A stretch of DNA of 64,000 nt from Azolla caroliniana (GCA_043228905.1 JBHGNT010000022.1:1054001-1118000), one strand, 5' to 3'. Counted from the stretch's first letter, positions 26,858-40,855 are shown. Notes: generated by a model from the letters alone, not told the origin. Numbers and translations are program-made.

Positions 26858-28899
26858 ATGGAAAATCAACAAGAGGTTAACAACATGATGGGGATGTTCG
26901 AGCGGATGCTACAAGAACAATGCGCGATGTCGGAGATTGCAGCGGCAGTAGAGCGGCTCGTGCAACATAACGGCCAATTCAACGGGAAGGATGTGTCACA
27001 ATATTTGCGGGGATTACAAGGACGAAATGCTATGTTGTGGAATATCAGAAGGATTGCAGGTGACATCCTTCAATCAGGTGGCTACGGACGGGCTTGAAGG
27101 GAGTATCCACGAGATACGACAACAAAATCCGACGTGGGAAGCATTTGAAGAAGCGCTAAAGACCACATTCGCCATCGAGGACTCCTCCAAGGCAACACGG
27201 AGGGGATTTGAAGATTGGGTGGAAACGCCAGACAAGGGGCTGAAGGTCCTCAATGTGTTTTTGGCATTCAAAAGTCGGTTCGGGAGGTTGTCCATAAGAG
27301 ATCAAGCTATCCTCGCACCGGACAAAGTGATCATGTTCTTATGAGCCGTGGATGTCCGGGACCAGAAAGATCTTGGAATGCTTCTAGAGGACGCCACTAC
27401 TGAGAGTGGCCTCACCAATACATGGGAAAACGTGCTGGATATCGTTGCACGATACACAAAGAGGGGGCAATGGCTAGGTAGTGAAGAAAAGAGGGTTTCG
27501 GAACCAATTCCGAAACCAAGATCTGGATTAGAAGACCATCAACCGTGGGCTCGGGAGACTACGACCGAGAAGGGAATCAATGCAACCACGGTGGAGTAGT
27601 TGTTGAAGGAGATGAAGAATCTGAAAATCGCGATGGTGAAGAAGTCGGATGTCCGTTCCACAAGTTCCAAGTATATGGACCGTCGATGCATATGGTGCGA
27701 TAGCACCGAACATGATCGGAGGGATTGCGACGAGCACAAGCAGGCGCTACGACGGGACCTTATCTACTATGAGGGAAATCAGATTCATTCGATGGACTCT
27801 CGGAAGCCACTCCGACCGAACTTCCGAAAAGGCTGCATGAAGAAGGTCTTAGAGGAGGAAACAACGGTGAAAAACAATTATGCGACAACCGCGGGGATAT
27901 GTGTGGGTGAGTCATCTGGAGAAAAGGCTTCTTTTTGGCCGGAAGTGCTAGAAAACCCCGAGAAAACTGACTCTAATGAGATCTGAAGCACCATGGAAGG
28001 CATCCGAGAAGCTACGAGATGGGAGTGCCCCGTCGATAAGAATAGCGTGTACGCCCTATGCCAATTACATGAGGTGTATGTAGATGAGAAACGACGACGC
28101 ACAGATGATGCATCCGAACCATCAAAGACACCGGAGAGGTGGAACTCCAAAGGGAAGGGGAAAGGAAGAACAATTCCAACATTCAAACTCGCTTCCGACA
28201 TCGAGCAACAAACGGACTTAAAAAAGGTGTTCGAGGAGAGAATCCTCGATGCCGGGTAGATTTTTCGCTTCGGGAATTACTCGGAATAGTGAAGAAGGAG
28301 TTCCACAATCTTCTTGTGGATCTCTGAAGAGGAAAAGAAAAAATACGGAGGAAAGTGCTCCAAGGGTGAATGGAAATACCATTCTAATGATTGACACTGA
28401 AGTGGAGGATGAAATTTCGAACTCCCACTACACAAGGCCACACTAGGCACGCGCAACTACAGAGACTCCGGTCGGAATCGGAAACATCAAGGAGCCCATA
28501 CTAGCATTGATTAATCATAGATCAGAGATCAATTTGATGTCCAAGGAGTTCTACCGAAAGGGGAAGTGGCCTATTAACACTAATCATGGATGGAAGATCC
28601 AGGCAGCCACTAAAACAACAGAAGATTTATTTGCGGCTTGTCCGGATGTGACGGTGAAGATCGGAGATGTGGAGATTGACCAAAATTTCTTCGTGCAAGA
28701 TGAGGTCTCACACTCTGTGATCCTCAGGCAACCCTTTATCATGGCTTCACGGATGGAGACAAAGGTGCTCGATAGCGGAGCGGCTTTTGCACGAATTCAG
28801 AGCCAAAGCGGAGGGAAAACCGTCCAATTCCTAACCATGCCATCAAATCACAAAAGGAACGAGAGAGAACTCTTGTCCCAAACATAAATGGATTTTTAA
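26858..28899 (+). pseudogene. gag-protease ORF of the Trp-primed gypsy
   Basis: AVERLVQHNGQFNGKDV, knuckle CIWCDSTEHDRRDC, protease LINHRSEINLM...VILRQPF. Ends ATG GAT TTT TAA; internal premature stops. Confidence 0.88.
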
Positions 28900-28953
28900 A
28901 GCAGACTGTTATGGAGTGGGGAAGTAATAGTCCGAGAAGCCTTGATACCCCAC
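28890..28953 (+). promoter_or_regulatory. Putative -1 programmed ribosomal frameshift signal (slippery heptamer plus pseudoknot)
   Basis: G GAT TTT at 28890-28896 in gag-pro phase; 7-nt spacer; stem 1 GACTGTTAT(28904-12)/GTAATAGTC(28924-32); stem 2 GTGGGG(28916-21)/CCCCAC(28948-53). The -1 frame runs straight into the RT ORF. Confidence 0.75.
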
Positions 28954-31900
28954 ACAGGAAGAAAACTCTCGGAGCAAAACAAGTACGAATCGGTTCGGAT
29001 GGGGCATCTACGTACACGGCCATAACCGGAGTAATGAAGAAAGAATTCCGAAAGGTGCAAGATGAATTACAGAATGCATCAATAATAAAAGAAGACGAAG
29101 AAATCATGGGAGTAGTCGAAGAAGTATTCTACGGGAGCACGCTACAACGGCTTGAAGACCTAGCAGAAGAGAATAGCCAGGTTCCGGTGGAATCGGTCGA
29201 GATGTATGTGATCATTGCGAAAATGGGGCTGGATGCGCTCCGCAAAGAAGAAGCAATGGTATGTACGAAATATAAGACCATGGAAAAGAAGGTGAAGCCG
29301 GCCGGGGGACCGGTGCCCACCGATAGCGAACAAAAGAGGAAAGAAGTCTTGGGAGATCCGACACTTCAGAAGTTCGTGGATATCGGACATGCCTTCACGG
29401 ATGAGACCTGGAAGAAACTTCAGATCATTGGAGGTGGGTTCCTCTCACAAAATGAAGAAGAACGGTTTCGTGAGATGTTGGAGCAACATGGAAGAGCATT
29501 TGCATTCACATCGAAAGAGATAGGGTGTGCTAACCCGAAGATAGTGGAACCGATGGTGATCTTCACGATTGATTATGTGCCATGGAACTTGAAGCCGATT
29601 ACGGTGCCACGGGCGCATATTCCGAAAATCATTGACTTGCTCAAGGAGAAGGTGACGATGGGAATTCTAAAGCCATCCAACGCTCTGTACTCAAATTGAT
29701 GGTTTACGGTTCCGAAGAAGAATGGGTCACTCCGATTTATTCAAGATTTGCAACCGGTGAACAAGGTTACGATCCGGAACTCCGGAATCGGTCCGATAGT
29801 GGACAATTTTGCGGAAGCGTTTGCCAGTCATGCGATATACTCCATCGGAGACCTATACTCCGGGTATGACCAATTCTAACTAGTTGTGGAGAGCCGAGAC
29901 ATCACTACCATGCAAACACCAATAGGATTGGTCCGGATGTGCACACTACCACAAGGCATGACGAACTCGGTCACACATATGATGAATGCAATGAACAAGG
30001 TGCTCCGGGACTGCATTCCGGAGATAATGATGTCGTTCCTAGATGACATTCCGATAAAAGGATGTGCGGTGGAAGAAAAAGATGAGACTATGGATGATCG
30101 GGGATGCCGAAAGTTCGTAGTCGACCATATTCACGATTGCGAGAAAGTGTTACAGAAGTTAGAAGATGTGCACCTAATGCTCTCCAGAGAGAAATCGGCA
30201 TTCGGACAAGAAGAGATATTGGTAGTCAGACATCTATGTGGGCCCTACGGCCGAAGACTGACGCCAGTCAAGATCGATGCGATTCAAGCTATGAAAGAAA
30301 TATGTGAGTCACAATCCGAAGTCCGTAGATTTCTTGGGGCACATATGGATTCCGCACTATGCACACATTGTGGACCCACTCTATCACTTGTTGCAGAAGG
30401 GGAAGAAGTTCGAATGGAAATAAGAACATACCGAAGCCGGAAGAAGCTCAAGAAATGACTACAGAGGGCAGAAGTACTTAAGAAGCCGAACTATGACCAA
30501 CTGATTATAGTAACGGTTGATACAAGTCCAATTGCGATCGGATGGGTCAGCAATCAAGCCAATTCGGATGGTTCACGATATCCGATCTGATTCAGAGCAA
30601 TGGTTCTCAACGAAAGACAATGCAGATATGCACAAGTTAAAAGAGAATTATGGGGAGTCATGTTGGCAATAAAATCAGATCGAGATTACATAATTGGAGC
30701 CGAAGTGGTGATCGAAACGGATTGTCTTCCGATACTCGGGATGATGCAGTGTTGCACGATACCGGATGTGGCTATGCTAAGATGGATTGCGTATGTAAAG
30801 TTGCTTAATCCGGAGATGCGACACATCTCCGGAAAAAATAACGCGGTAGTGGATGTGCTATCAAGGGCACGGTTTGGAGATCACATAGCCGAATCCGATA
30901 ATGAAGAAGTTTTCGAAAACTACTTTACTTCGGAGCACATATGCCGGGTGAACGAAATCCGAGAATTCTGGGAAGAAGAATAAGAGGGAGAAAGTTTGCT
31001 GGTCGGGAAAGTGCTACAAGAAATCGAGGAATCATCGGAAAATAGAGAAAAGAGAGCTGAGATCGGAAGTAAGAAGCTGCAAATCCAAAAGTTTCTCTTG
31101 AACAAAGGATTAATTTGGTGGTAGCCGAAAAGACCGAATGGTAGACCACTATGGGTAGTCGGAACAAAAGAGCAACAAAACCGGATAATGTCCGAATTTC
31201 ACGAATCCGATTGGGCTGGACATCGGGGAACATGGGCAACATTTGTGAAGATCAAACAAAAATATTGGTGGAAGAATATGTACAAAGATGTAGCAGAGTT
31301 CACGGAAAGCTATGAGAAATGTCAAATCTACTCCGGAGTTTGACACCGAGATGAATTACATCCGACATTCTCACCGACAATCAACTTCAAATGGATGATT
31401 GACATTGTGGCCATGCCAACCGGGATCGGACAAAAGAAGTACTTGGTGTTAGCCCGGGAAGATCTAACAAACCAAGTAGAAGGACGAGCACTACGGAGGA
31501 AAACATGTTCCGCATTATGCCAATTTCTCTTGGAAGAAGTGTTCTGTAGGTACAAGTTCATATGACAAGTGATTGCGGATCGGGGAGAACTTGACTATGA
31601 GAAAGCTAGGGAATTCTTCGTCAGACATGGAGTACGGTTAACACTAACCACGGCATACAATCCGGAAGCCAACGGAAAGATCGAGCGAGGACATAGTCCA
31701 ATCGTTAAAGCACTTGCAAAAGCATGCGACGGAAGGGTGAAGGATTGGCCACAGATGCTTCCGTATGCAGTATGGGCGGATTGCACGACGCATAGTTCTG
31801 TGACCAGTTATATGCCAGCCGAAGTTATGACTAGACAAGCACCGGTAATACCGACGGAAACAGCAATTGCAACGTGGACAATGCTACCATGGAAGGAAGA

Positions 31901-32404
31901 AATGAATCGGGAAGAACTACTAGCGGTCCGGATACGACAACTAAAGGGAAGACCAGAAGACATAGCGGAAGCAAAGGGATACAACAAGAAGCGGGATTCC
32001 AAAACAAAAGGTGATTCAACAAGAAGCATCGAGTACGACCACAGAAGATTGAAGAAGGAGATTGGGTGATTGTCTATGACAGTAGTTTCGATCATCAACA
32101 TACAACGATACAAAAGTTTGCTAAAAGGTGGTTTGGGCCATACGAGGTTCAGAAAGTTTTCGACAACGGAACTTACCGACTATGCGAGTTGGATGGAATA
32201 GTACTACGGGTGCCTATAGCGGGGAAACGGGTGAAGATTTTCAAGAAGCGGATTGACGACGAACCTTATGTATGCTTAGACAAGACCGGAAACAAGGAGC
32301 AATCGGACAAAGATCACGGTGATGTGGAAAGCGAAGAAAGTGGACTACAATTGATAATCGACATAAGGGGAGAATCGGAGAGTGCTATGGATGAAGGTGA
32401 ATAA
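28896..32404 (+). pseudogene. pol (RT-RH-IN) of the Trp-primed gypsy, in the -1 frame relative to gag-pro
   Basis: YKTMEKKVKP, LPQGMTNS, FLDDIPIKG, YAQVKRELWG, ETDCLP, AGHRGTWAT, TTAYNPEANGKIERGH, WFGPYEV. Confidence 0.9.
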
Positions 32405-35400
32405 CAAGCATTGAAAACTTTGGCACATACCAGACGATGTGCAGGTTCGGAGGGGGTGAGTGTCATGGTGTACTTTGTACACTAGGTAAAGTATGTGTGG
32501 AGTACCCGATTGACTAAGTATAAAAGAATAGGTGAAATACTACAATAATTATGTTACATGTATAGGGCAGGATTTGAACCCTTACTTCCATGTTAACGAT
32601 TTTAAGCCTTACCACTATACTAGCATATTATGAGTTTTAAAGTTATACTAAACTTTATCCCATGCAAATATTCTAGATATGCATGATAGAAAAAGTTATT
32701 CATCCATACACACTCAAGTTAAAAGAAAGGATGTGATAGAAAGCTAATCATGCACATGTAGTGTGCATGAAAACTAAAGTTAGAAAAAGCATGATGCTTG
32801 CATGTGATAAGCTTAGACTCTTCCATCACTATATAAGGAAGAGAGAAAGATGTATAGTTGTTGTTGATTTTTTATAAGGGTTGATTAATATAAAATATTC
32901 GTGGGATTCACGATTTTGCCATCTATTTCTCTCTTACAATCTAAGTATCAATTAATACACTATACTCATGGGATTCACGAGTTTCATATCTTCATCTTGC
33001 AATCTATTTGTAACAAACCTTATCTCATATTCTTCTTTCTCCTAGTCCAAAACCTCAGCGGTTCCCACCCGACTCTTCGACTTCAATGGTGGTAATTGCA
33101 TAGCCGAGTCTTCGTTGCATGGCCGAGTCTTCGTTGCCTGTTGGCTTGTTAAATCGGCTGGCCATTCTGGCTTACCTCTTCCATCTGTCAACTGAGCCGG
33201 AAAGAAATCGAACTCTCGTCCAAAGCGTTGATTTCTTCATCCATCATCATCTTGACCTCACTGGCCTCATCTTCAAAATTTGGCATGGATTCCATTGGGT
33301 TCGGATTGGTCAGAGATTGGTACGACAAAGCCATTTCATCGAACACGACATCACGGTTGAGTCGCACTTGTTTCATCTGGGGGTTATAGTACTTATAAAC
33401 CTTTTGTTCATCTGAAAATCCGACCAAGATATAGTTCTCAACTCTTGCATAAAGCTTCTTGTGCTTCTCCTTCAACACATGCACGTATTCTATGTTGTCG
33501 AACACCCTCAACTGTGCCTAGTTCGGCTTCTTCTCGAAGTACACCTTGTGTAGCGACACTTTGCCTCTGGCTGCAGATGTCCGATTCTGAAGGTAAATTG
33601 TTGTCCTGACTGCTTCATCCTAGTATAACTTGGGCATGGTCTTCTCTTCAAGCATTGCCCTAGCCACTTCTTCAATTGTCCGGTTCTACTATGACATGTA
33701 TCTGTAAGAGAATTCACAATGAATCCCTTCCTTCTACAAATAACTTGAGAATTGGCCGAAAAAGTACTCTATTCCGCCATCGGCCCTAAGGTACTTGATC
33801 TTTCTGCCTATCTCCCATTCAACAAGGTTTTTCACCTTCAAGAATCAGAAGAAGACTTCACGCATCTTCTCAATTAAACATGCTCAGGTGTGCCGAGTGA
33901 AGTCATCAATAAAGGTGAAAAAATATCGGCTCCCTCTTATGCTCACGTTATATTCTAGTCCCCACACATCCGAGTGGATCAAATCAAGGTTATTTCGGCT
34001 CTGATTATTGTTTTTGGGGAAAGGAAAACACTGTTTCTTCCATAACTAGCAGGCTTCGTAGACTTGGCCCTTCATAAATTTGGCAACCCGAAAACAATGG
34101 TCTTCGCCGGCATCCCTTGAAGTCGCGGCAAGTTCACATGGCCAATCCGTTTGTGTGCCACAGGTCAATGTTCAATTTGACTTTCAGTCCTTTTGCGAAC
34201 ATTGTGGTGCTGACGTCATTTGTCTCGAGGATGAACATCCTCCCCTCTCTATGCCCTTGCGTGATGATCCAGACTTCCTACTCGATGAAGCATCGTAGAT
34301 GAGTGAACCTTACCTACATCCCGTGGTTGACAATCTATCCGACTAACACAAGGTTCTTGGTGATCGTCGGGACGTGCAAGGCATTCCTAATAATTCCTCT
34401 CTGGCTGACATGGCTTAGAAGGACATCTCTTATGTTCTCAATGGGATGAGGGGTGTCGTCACTGGTTTTGATGACCCCTGGCTATTCCGGATTCTCAACT
34501 TAGGAGAACCATTCTTCATGGTTCGTAATGTGGTTGAAAGCTGTGGAATCCATGAACCACACCTCATTCGGCTTCAAGGTGCTTATCTCCATCCAATTGG
34601 CTTTGTGCTTCATGACGAAGGCGAGGACCGTTCTGCTCGCCCTGAGCCTTCAGTGTGGTGCAATCTTTGACGCCTTTCTTCATCAGGATGGCTCGATTCG
34701 GCTTTCTCCAAATCCGCAACACTCACTCTCTTGTCACCCTTCCGGCCATAATACTAGCTGTTTGTGGCTTTTCCTTCCCAGCTCTTGGCACCGCTCTAAC
34801 TCCCCCTGCTCGTGGAGGGTCCACTGTTGTCGGACGCCTTCATTGCATGCCAATCCGCCTCATCCTCCACAACCACGGGGCATATCTGCCTCTGTGTACA
34901 ACATCTTGTTGTCAGCTTGCGTGCTCTTTGACGCACCCGAGTGGTTTTCTTCTGCAAGAAGCATGGATTGCAACTCAAAGAAGGATAGTGTTTTCTCCCT
35001 TATGTAGACCACCATTCGGAAATAACCGAACTTTGGCACCAAACCTCCTAGGAAAACCTGCACCATTTCATCCTCTTAGCCTATTACATTGATGGAGGCA
35101 AGGGAGTCACAAATCTCCTTGATTTTGGAGGTGTAATCGGCCAACGACATGTCTCTTTGTTAGACATTGCTTAGCTCATGTCTGAGCAACAACTTTCTAG
35201 CCATCATCCTTGCAGTGAAGATCCTCTTCAAGTTCGTGATAGCTTCCATTGGCGACTTGTCGTCATGGATATAGCTTAATACTCGGTTTCTCACATAGGA
35301 TGCGAAACAACAGCATACTTTCCTCGCCGCCTGTTCCTACACCAAGAAATCTCTGTGTCTTGAAACCAGTGTTGTATCGTGCACTACTTCCACATAACTC

Positions 35401-35989
35401 GAATACCCGTGTCCGATCAAGTACTGGTGCATCTTGTATGCCCAAGATGCATAGTTCATCTAGTCGAGCTTTTCTGTCGGAAGGGAGCTACCCATTCCTC
35501 TGTCCATGTTCTTGTCTGTTCTAATAGGAACTACACGCTCCGATGAACACCGCTCAGCCACAACCGAGCTTAGAATCAAACACAGAAAATGGGGAATAAT
35601 AAAAAACACGACACAAAGGAGAGAAGAGTACACAGGATGTTTAACGTGGAAAACCCTGAGAGGGAAAAACCATGGGAGTCCACAGACTCCAAACTATCAC
35701 TATATCACAATGATTACAACAGTGAGCTCACAGAGGCAACGAACTCGTGCTCACGATCTTCGCCACAGGCGGCGGTTACAATAGAGGCAACGACCTCTTC
35801 CTCTCTCTCTCTCTCTCTCTCTCTCTATGTACACTGTTACGCGCTCTCTAGTCTTGCACCAACAAGAATGACAGCAACCCACACTTTCTCTGTTTGCCCT
35901 AAGTCATATTTATACTAATATGACTTTTCGGCTATTTACAAATATAGCCCCGATGGACTCTCAGAAACATATTTACAAATATGTCCCTT

Positions 35990-36425
35990 CATCCGGTGAG
36001 CACTTCTCATCGGGCCTTCATCATCCGGCTCTTGCCAAGTACTCCTCATCCGGTTCTCACCGAGTCTTCCGTAGCTGGGTACTCCTCATCCGGTTCTCAC
36101 CGGGTCTTCCGTAGCTGGGTACTCCTCATCCGGTTCTCACCGGGTCTTCCGTTGCCAGGTACTTCACATCCGGTTCTCACCGGGTCTTCACCATCTGGCT
36201 CTTGCCGGGTACTCGTCATCCGGTTCTCACCGGGTCTACACCATCCGGCTCTCACCGGGTCTACACCATCCGGCTCTCACCGGGTCTTCACCATCCGGCT
36301 CTTGCCGGGTACTCGTCATCCGGTTCTCACCGGGTCTACACCATCCGGCTCTCACCGGGTCTTCACCATCCGGCTCTTGTCGGGTACTCGTCATCCGGTT
36401 CTCACCGGGTCATCCCATCCGGAGG
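35990..36425. repeat. CCGG-rich tandem array (~21 and ~39 bp units) in the U3 of the family A LTR
   Basis: Repeated catccggttctcaccgggtcttc.../catccggctct units; the array is much shorter in the partner LTR (42390-42505). Confidence 0.92.
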
Positions 36426-36469
36426 GACCTGTTTCCTAACAAACTCCCCCTTCACTCCGGTATGGGATG

Positions 36470-39400
36470 TCTTAGTAGTCCGACCCGCTTCCGACATGCA
36501 TCCAGCTTGTCAGGTGTCAGTACTTTGGTCAGCATATCTGACCCATTCTCGGTCGTGTGGATCTTCGTCAGCGCGAACTCCCGGTCATCTACTCTTTCCC
36601 GGATCTAGTGATACCTATGCTGGATATGCTTCGTCCGGGAATGGTAGGCCACATTCTTAGCACGGTGGATTGCACTTTGACTGTCGCAATAGAGCCGGTA
36701 TTCATCTTGCCAGATACCGAGCTCTCCGATGAAGTCCTTCATCCATAATATTTCCTTGCCGGCTTCCACAGCCGCCATGTACTCCGCTTCCATGGTTGAC
36801 AACGCAACCATCTTCTGCAGCCTCGATTGCCACGAAACAAGTCCCCCTGCATATGTCATTACATACCCGGATGTAGACTGGGTGGTATCCACATCAGCCG
36901 ACATGTCCGAATCGGTAAAACCGTCAAGTTGAGGTTTACCGGAGCCGAATCGGAGACACATATTTAAAGTGCCCTTCAAGTACCGGAGTATCCATTTGAC
37001 CGCGTTCCAGTGCTCCTTGCCGGGATTGCTCATAAACCGGCTCACCACTCCGACTGCGTATCCTATATCTAGTCAGGTACACACCATTGCGTACATTAAG
37101 CTCGCAACGATAGAGGCATATGGAACCTTCATCATATCTGCCTTCTCTGCTTTTGTCTTCGGGCTTTGCTTACCGGATAACCTGTAGTTTGCCGGAAGTG
37201 TCGATCCGACCGGTTTCGCATCTGACATGTTGAACCGTTGAAGCACATTTTTCACGTACTTCTCTTGTGACAGCCACAATTGCTTCATTGGCCGGTTCCG
37301 GATGATATGCATCCCCAGCATCTATCTTGTCGGACCCAAGTCTTTCATTGAGAAGGTCCGGTTGAGAGCCTTCTTTTGAGCATCCGTATTTTGGCTTGGT
37401 CCCGTCCGACGATCAACATGTCGTCCACGTATAGAAGGAGTATCAGGAAGTCGCCTCCTTCGAACTTCTTCACAAACACACAGTGATCGGCCTGTGTCTT
37501 GTGGTACCCTTGATTGTTCATGAAGGAGTCGAACTTCCGGTACCATTGTCGGGGAGCCTGCTTCAGTCCGTACAGGCTCTTCTTCAACCGGCAAACTAGT
37601 TGCTCCTTCCTTTTCTCCACGAATCCTTCCGGTTGCTGCATGTAGATCTCCTCTTCGAGGTCACCGTGAAGGAATGTCGTCTTCACGTCTAGCTGCTCTA
37701 CATCGAGGTCCATGCTTGCCGCTATACTCAGCACCGTCCGGATGGAGGTCATCTTTACTACCGGGGCAAATATCTCATCGAAGTCCATGCCCTTCTTCTG
37801 TTGGAACCCCTTCACCACGATCATGGCTTTGTATCTCGGGGGTTTGCCGGCATCTCCCGGTTTCAACTTGTACACCCACTTGTTTCGGAGTGCCCGCTTT
37901 CCTTTCGGGAACTCCACCAATTCGTACGTATGGTTCTCATGCAGGGAATCCATCTCATCCTGCATGGCACTTAACCATTTGCGGCTGTGGGTGTCATCTT
38001 TCGCTTCTTCGAAGCTTACTGGCGCCCCCTCATCTGTTAGTAGCACATGCTCTACATCCGGAAATCTCCGGAGGGGGCCTTCTCTCTCTGAGAGGATATC
38101 TCCGTCTCTGGGCTTCGGTAACCGGCTCCTCCATTTGCTCTTCATCCGAATCCGATTCGGGGTCTTGGCCGGTTCTGGTTTCAGCTTCCTCTACTTCTTC
38201 TGTCGGTTCGGTATCCTCACCGTAACCGGCTGGTTCCTCGAGTGCTAACCGGTCTCTTGCCAGTTGGGTCGGCTCATCGTAGAATCGATCCTTACCGGTC
38301 GACTCGGAGTTCATTATCTTCTTCTCCGACTCCCATTTGGCGAGCGTCTTGTCCTCCATGAAGATAATATCTCGACTCCGGAATACCTTCTTGTCGACCA
38401 GGTCCCACACTCGGTAGTCGAACTCATCGTTGCCGTAACCGAGGAATATGCATGGTCGGGTCTTCGGATCTAGTTTTCCTCTCTGGTCCTTAGCTACATG
38501 CACATACGCAAGACACCCTAATACCTTCATATGCCGGTAAGACACTTCCCTACCGGTCCACACTCTCTGCGGCGTGTCTCCGGCCAAGGGTACTAAGGGT
38601 GATCTGTTTATCACATATGTCGTCGTCGACAGTGCCTCAGCCCAAAATTTCTTGGGTAGTTTTGCATGCGCCAGTATACACCGGACCCTCTCCATTATGG
38701 TCTAGTTCATCCTCTCAGCCAGCCCGTTTAGGTCCGGCGTCTTCGGCACGGTAAATTCGAGCTGGATTCCCTTCGATCGACAATACTCCTCGAACTGCCC
38801 CCGGTATTCACCTCCATTATCTACTCGAACCACCTTCAGCTTCCGGCCGGTTTCTCTTTCCACTCTCGCGTGGAGCTCTTTGAAGACGGATAGCACCTGA
38901 TCCTTCGTCTTCAACGGTGTGGCCCACAGCTTCCGGTTGTGGTCATCTATGAACGTCACGAAGTACTGCGATCCTGCATGTGACTTCGTGTCCACTTGAC
39001 ACACATCAGTATGCACCAACTCCAGTGGTGCATTACGGTTCATCGGTGGCCTTGGTCGGAAGGAGGTCCGGTTTTGCTTACCGGCCAGACAATCAGTGCA
39101 CTTCTCCAAGTGCACGTTCTTCACTAGAATGAGGTTGTCTTCTGCAAACCTCTTCATACCCTTCTCACTCATGTGACACAGCCTCTTGTGCCACAACTCA
39201 CTGGCAGTGTCGGATGCCACGTTCACTTCTTCTGGGCATAACCGGGCATTCATCAGGTACAGCGTGTTGACCTTTCAGGCCCAAGCCACAATCAGGCTCC
39301 CTTTGCTGAACTTCATAACACCGTTCCGGATGCTACCTATGTAGCCTTCATCATCTAGCCGACCGGCTGATATCAGGTTCAAACGAACCTCCGAAACGTG

Positions 39401-40509
39401 TCGGACATCCTTTAGTAGCAGCTTGCATCCGATTGGTGTTGTCAACCACACGTCTCCTATGCCGACCATTCGGCATGTACCTTCATTCCCCATACGGACC
39501 CCATACGGACACAACCGTGATCACCGGTTGAGTAGGATGAGAAGCATTTCCGGTCCTGGGTAAGGTGGAACGACGCTCCGGAGTCGACCACCCAGGTCAT
39601 CTCGTCGCCGGCAAGGTTTAGCTCACTCTCCTCGGTGATGAGCATCAACTCTTCTTCACTTGCCGCGATTGCCGTCGTTCCCTTCCGGTCCGTTCCTCTC
39701 CGGTCTTTACCATTCCGGTCCGATGTCCGCTTCGAATCGGTACCATCGGTTTCCTTGTCTTTCCGGAAATGCCGACAGTTCTTCTGGAAGTATCCCGGCT
39801 TGCTGCAATAGAAGCAAGTAGGCCTCCCCCTTCACTTTCACCGTATCCCCAACTTTTCCCGGTTCTGGGGGCTACGGTTCCTTTGTCTTCCGCGTTCCGA
39901 TTCGGTAAGGAGCGCTTTGGAGTCGGAGCTCGTATCCTTATCTTTCCGATGCACCTCCTCATCTAGCAAGCTCGATTTCACTCTTGCTAGGGATAATTGT
40001 TTCCCTTCCGGCCCGGCGTTGCCCAAAGTGACAACCAACGTCTCCCAGCTATCCAGGAGGGAACCAAGCAGGAGTAGCGCTAGTACCTCATCGGCGAGAG
40101 GTACTTCCAATGATGTTGCCTGGTGTATCAGCCCCTGGAAGGCATTCATGTGCTCCGCCATGCTGGAACCATCTTGGTACCGGAGTCTTACTAGCTTCCG
40201 GAATACCGAAACCTAGTTAACAACATTTTTGTTCTGAAACATAATGCCGATCTTCTCCCATAGCTCATGAGCCTTGCTCTCTTCATTGAAGTTTTTGTAA
40301 AGGCTCATGTCGATGAAGCACCGTATGTACGCCGTTGTCTTCATGTGCATCACCTCCCATATCGCGGCGTCGATTTTGGTCAGTCTCTTGTCCCCAAACT
40401 GAACCGACAACCAAAGATCTTTAACCACAAGCATGTCCCTCATCTTCGACTTCCACACGGAATAGTTGGAGCCGGTGAGCTTGAACATGCCTCCCAACGA
40501 TTCGTCCAT
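36470..40509 (-). pseudogene. Family A gag-pol with several stops and frameshifts
   Basis: MDESLGGMFKLTGSNYSVWKSKM, WVVDSGASFH, LWHKRLCHMS, VHTDVC, DNGGEY, LYVDDML, VALSTMEAEY, RTKHI. Confidence 0.93.
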
Positions 40510-40815
40510 TTTCTGTGTCGTTTCACTCGGATACCAATTTTACAGGAACTACATGCTCCGATGAACAACGCTCGGCCACAACCCAGCTTAGAATCAAACA
40601 CAGAAAACGGGGAATAATAAAAAACACGACACAAAGGAGAGGAGAGTACACAGGATGTTTAACGTGGAAAACCCTGAGAGGGAAAAACCACGGGAGTCCA
40701 CAGACTCCTAACTATCACTATATCACAATGATTATAACAGTGAGCTCACGGAGGCAACGATCTCATGCTCACAATCTTCGCCACAGGCGGCGGTTACAAC
40801 AGAGGCAACGACCTC

Positions 40816-40855
<40 letters not shown>

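Larger units (their letters stand above)
26173..33075 (+). mobile_element. Ty3/gypsy, tRNA-Trp-primed non-chromovirus-like element, autonomous-type but decayed; 3' LTR truncated
   Basis: 5' LTR 26173-26819, PBS TGGTGAACCCAATGTGA at 26824, PPT GGAGGGGGTGAG, 3' LTR 32461-33075 lacking the last ~30 bp. Domain order Gag-PR-RT-RH-IN. Left flank GCGC. Confidence 0.93.

Noticed and set aside
35981-36660. Repetitive ORFs (HPVLTGS/SSGSHRV units), also at 11836-12378 and 41267-41833
   Set aside because: Artefacts of stop-free CCGG tandem arrays inside LTRs.
17752-40509. Any currently autonomous, intact retroelement ORF
   Set aside because: Every gag-pol examined has premature stops or frameshifts, many consistent with C>T/G>A decay.
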